From Squalus acanthias (taxonomy: Eukaryota), in contig CM059438.1 of NCBI GenBank assembly GCA_030390025.1, positions 53,198,001 to 53,262,000 on the forward strand: a DNA stretch of 64,000 bases. The letters run 5' to 3'. The position numbers were made by a program, and so were the translations under genes. The notes below the pieces were generated by a model that saw nothing but the letters and a program-made list of their open reading frames with translations, did not search any database and had not been told where the DNA came from. Below, piece after piece: positions 60,546 through 64,000 of this stretch. How positions within the stretch are numbered: position 1 is the stretch's first letter; every line of letters begins with the position of its first letter.

Positions 60546-61339
60546 CTGGGGAATTTAAATTCAGTTAATTAAATAAATCTGGAATCAGTAATGGTGACCA
60601 TGAAACAATCGTATTGTCATGAAAACCATCTGGTTCACTAATGTCCTTTAAGGAAGGAAATCTGCCGTCCTTACCTGGTCTGGCCTATATGTGACTCCAG
60701 ACCCATGTGTTTGACTCTTAACTGCCCTCTGAAATGGCCTAGCAAGCCTCTCCACTACAATGAATTATACAAAGAATAAAACTGGACGGACTACCCGGCA
60801 TCGACCTAGGCACTGGCCACGACAAAGGCACACCCAGATCAGTCGACCCTGCAAAGTCCTCCTCACTAACATTTGGGAACTTGTGACAAAATTGGGAGAG
60901 CTGTCCCACAGACAAGTCAAGCAACAGCCTGACATAGTCATACTCACAGAATCATATCTTTCAGCCAATGTCCCAGACTCCTCCATCACCATCCCTGGGT
61001 ATGTCCTGTCCCACCGGCAGGACAGACCCACCAGAGGTGGCGGCACAGTGGTATACAGTCAGGAAGGAGTGGCCCTGGGAGTCCTCGACATTGACTCCAG
61101 ACCCCATGAAGTCCCATGGCTTCAGGTCAAGCATGGGCAAGGAAACCCCCTGCTGATTACCACCTCCCGCCCTCCCTCAGCTGATGAATCAGTACTCTTC
61201 CATGTTGAACATCACTTGGAAGAAGCACTGAGGGTAGCAAGGGCACAGAATGTACTCTGGGTGGGGGACTTCAGTGTCCATCACTAAGAGTGGCTCAGTA
61301 GCACCACTACTGACCGAGCTGACCAAGTCCTGAAGGGAC

Positions 61340-62524
61340 TCATGGGAGTATGATATTGTTGCTATCACAGACACATGGTTGAGGGAGGGGCAGGACTGGC
61401 AGCTCATGGGATCCAGGGCAATTTGGCACATTGGATCCAAAATTGGCTTAGTGGCAGGAGGCAGAGGGTGATGGTCGAAGGTTGTTTTTGTGACTGGAAG
61501 CCTGTGTCCAGTGGTGTACCGCAGGGATCGGTGCTGGGTCCTTTGCTGTTTGTAGTGTACATTAATGATTTAGATATGAATGTAGGAGGTAGGATCAGTA
61601 AGTTCGCAGATGACACGAAAATTGGTGGAGTGGTAAATAGCGAGGAGGGAAGCCTCAGGCTACAGGACGGTATAGACGGGTTGGTCAGATGGGCAGAACA
61701 GTGGCAAATGGAATTTAACCCTGAAAAGTGTGAGGTGATGCATTTTGGGAGGACTAACAAGGCAAGGGAATACACAATGAATGGTAGGACCCTAGGAAGG
61801 ACAGAGGATCAGAGGGACCTTGGTGTGCATGTACATAGATCCCTGAAGGCAGCAGGACAGGTAGATAAGGTGGTTAAAAAGGCATATGGGATACTTGCCT
61901 TCATTAGCCGAGGCATAGACTATAAGAGCAGGGAGGTTATGATGGAGCTGTACAAAACGCTAGTTAGGCCACAGCTGGAATACTGTGTGCAGTTCTGGTC
62001 GCCACACTATAGGAAGGATGTGATTGCATTGGAGAGGGTGCAGAGGAGATTCACCAGGATGTTACCTGGGCTGCAGCGCTTCAGCTATGAAGAGAGACTG
62101 GACAGGCTGGGGTTGTTTTCCTTAGAGCAGAGAAGGCTGAGGGGGGACCTGATTGAGGTGTACAAAATTATGAGGGGCATCGATAGGGTAGATAGAAAGG
62201 AACTTTTCCACTTAGTAGAGGGGTCAATAACCAGGGGGCATAGTTTCAAGGTAAGGGGCAGGAGGTTTAGAGGGGATTTGAGGAAAAACTTTTTCACCCA
62301 GAGGGTGGTTGGAATCTGGAACTCACTGCCTGAAAGGGTGGTAGAGGCAGGAACCCTCACAACATTCAAGAAGCATTTAGATGAGCACTTGAAACGCCAT
62401 AGCATACAAGGCTACGGACCAAGTGCTGGAAAATGGGATTAGAATAGACAGGGCTTGATGGCTGGCGCGGACACGATGGGCCGAAGGGCCTCTTTCAGTG
62501 CTGTATAACTCTATGACTCTATGA
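61340..62524 (+). mobile_element. Young CR1 copy with internal deletion, same family as 16340-24354
   Basis: ORF 61375-62442 is nearly identical to 19085-20111. Tail ACTCTATGACTCTATGA. Confidence 0.93.
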
Positions 62525-62868
62525 CTGGGCCTGCGGAAGGTGGTGAGAGAACCAACACGAGCGAAAAGCCTACTTGACCTCATTCTCACCAATCTACCTG
62601 TTGCAGATGCATCTGTCCATGACAGCATTGGTAGCAGTGACCACCGCACAGTCAAAGTGGAGATGAAGTCTCGTCTTCACACTGAGGACACCCTCCATCA
62701 TGTTGTGTGACACTACCACCGTGCTAAATGGGATAGATTCAGAACAGATCTAGCAGCTCAAAACTGGGCATCCATGAGGCACTGTGGGTCATCAGCAGCA
62801 GCAGAATTGTATTCCACCACAATCTGTAACCTCATGACACAGCATATCCCTCACTCTACCATTACCAC

Positions 62869-63000
62869 TGTGATATATGTGGGTAGAACAAGTGAAGGAC
62901 AGAGACACGATGAGTTGCTAGTCAATGTGCTTGCTTTACTAGGCCAGAGCGAACTGAGCATGCTCATACTAAACCATGTGACAAACCATGTGATAATACA
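62869..63000 (-). mobile_element. Short insertion resembling a solo LTR
   Basis: 132 bp with TGT...ACA ends and AGTAAA on the minus strand. It interrupts the LINE between TACCA repeats (62863-62867, 63005-63009). Confidence 0.4.
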
Positions 63001-64000
63001 TTACTACCATCAAGCCAGGGGACCAACCCTGGTTCAATGAGGAGTGTAGAAGAGCATGCCAGGAGCAGCACCAGGCGTACCTAAAAATGACAGAGCTAAG
63101 CGATCCCACAATCAACGAATCAGATCAAAGCTCTGCAGTCCTGCCACATCCAGTCGTGAATGGTGCTGGACAATTAAACAACTAACAGGAGGAGGAGGCT
63201 CCAAGAATATCCCCATCCTCAATGATGGGGGAGCCCAGCACGTGAGTGCAAAAGACAAGGCTGGAGCGTTCGCAACCATCTTCAGCTAGAAGTGCCGAGT
63301 GGATGATCCATCTCGGCCTACTCCCGAGGTCGCCACCATCACAGAAGCCAGTCTTCAGCCAACTCAATTCACTCCATGTGATATCAACAAACAGCTGAGC
63401 GCACTGGATACAGAAAAGGCTGTGGGCCCCGACAACATCCCGGCTGTAGTACTGAAGACTTGTGCTCCAGAACTAGCCGTGCCTATAGCCAAGCTGTTCC
63501 AGTACAGCTACAACACTGGCATCTACCCGACAATGTGGAAAATTGTCCAGGTATGTCCTGTCCACAAAAAGCAGGACAAATCCAATCTGGCCAATTACGC
63601 CCCATCAGCCTACTCTCAATCATCAGCAAAGTGATGGAAGGTGTCGGCGACAGTGCTATCAAGCGGCACTTACTCACCAATAATCTGCTCACTGATGGGT
63701 TTCGCCAGGACCACTCGGCTCCAGACCTCATTACAGCCTTGGTCCAAACATGGACAAAGGAGCTGAATTCCAGAGGTGAGGTGAGAGTGACTGCCCTTGA
63801 CATCAAGGCAGCATTTCACTGAGAATGGCATCAAGGAGCCCTAGTAAAACTGAAGTCAATGGGAATGGGGGGGAAAACGCTCCACTGGCCGGAGTCACAC
63901 CTCGCATAAAGGAAGGTGGTTGTGGTGGTTGGAGGCCAATCATCACAGCCCCAGGACATCACTGCAGGAGTTATTCAGGGTAGTGTCCCAGGCCCAACCA

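Larger units (their letters stand above)
60452..64000 (+). mobile_element. Degenerate CR1/L2-group LINE (APE plus RT) with a tRNA/SINE-like 5' region; runs off the window
   Basis: PDIVILTES, RPPSAD and VGDFSVH (60760-61287), SSDH (~62635), GPDNIP and PVHKK (63299-63634), ALDIKAAF (63460-63822). Confidence 0.88.

Overview
Vertebrate, almost certainly cartilaginous-fish (shark-like), repeat-dense DNA; the taxon is inferred from the repeat families. No host protein-coding gene can be supported. The window holds CR1 LINEs, Penelope-like elements (PLEs), PIF/Harbinger DNA transposons and their MITEs, one non-autonomous hAT element, SINE remnants and about eight tandem arrays. Main points: (1) an apparently intact 4.16-kb two-gene Harbinger (20179-24342) with an open 386-aa DDE transposase and a three-exon, in-frame 458-aa Myb/SANT partner, plus a decayed relative and two near-identical internal-deletion MITEs; (2) a single Penelope element spread over 23.4 kb (12828-36238, 11-bp TSD) by up to four levels of nested insertions, including an unexplained 4.2-kb CpG-rich insert; (3) minimal hammerhead-ribozyme motifs at the PLE ends; (4) a LINE whose 5' end is a tRNA-derived SINE head plus SINE core; (5) satellites traceable to a SINE core and to a transposase motif. 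Boundaries fixed by a TIR or TSD are near base-exact; other boundaries are approximate. Family names come from recalled motifs, not from database searches.
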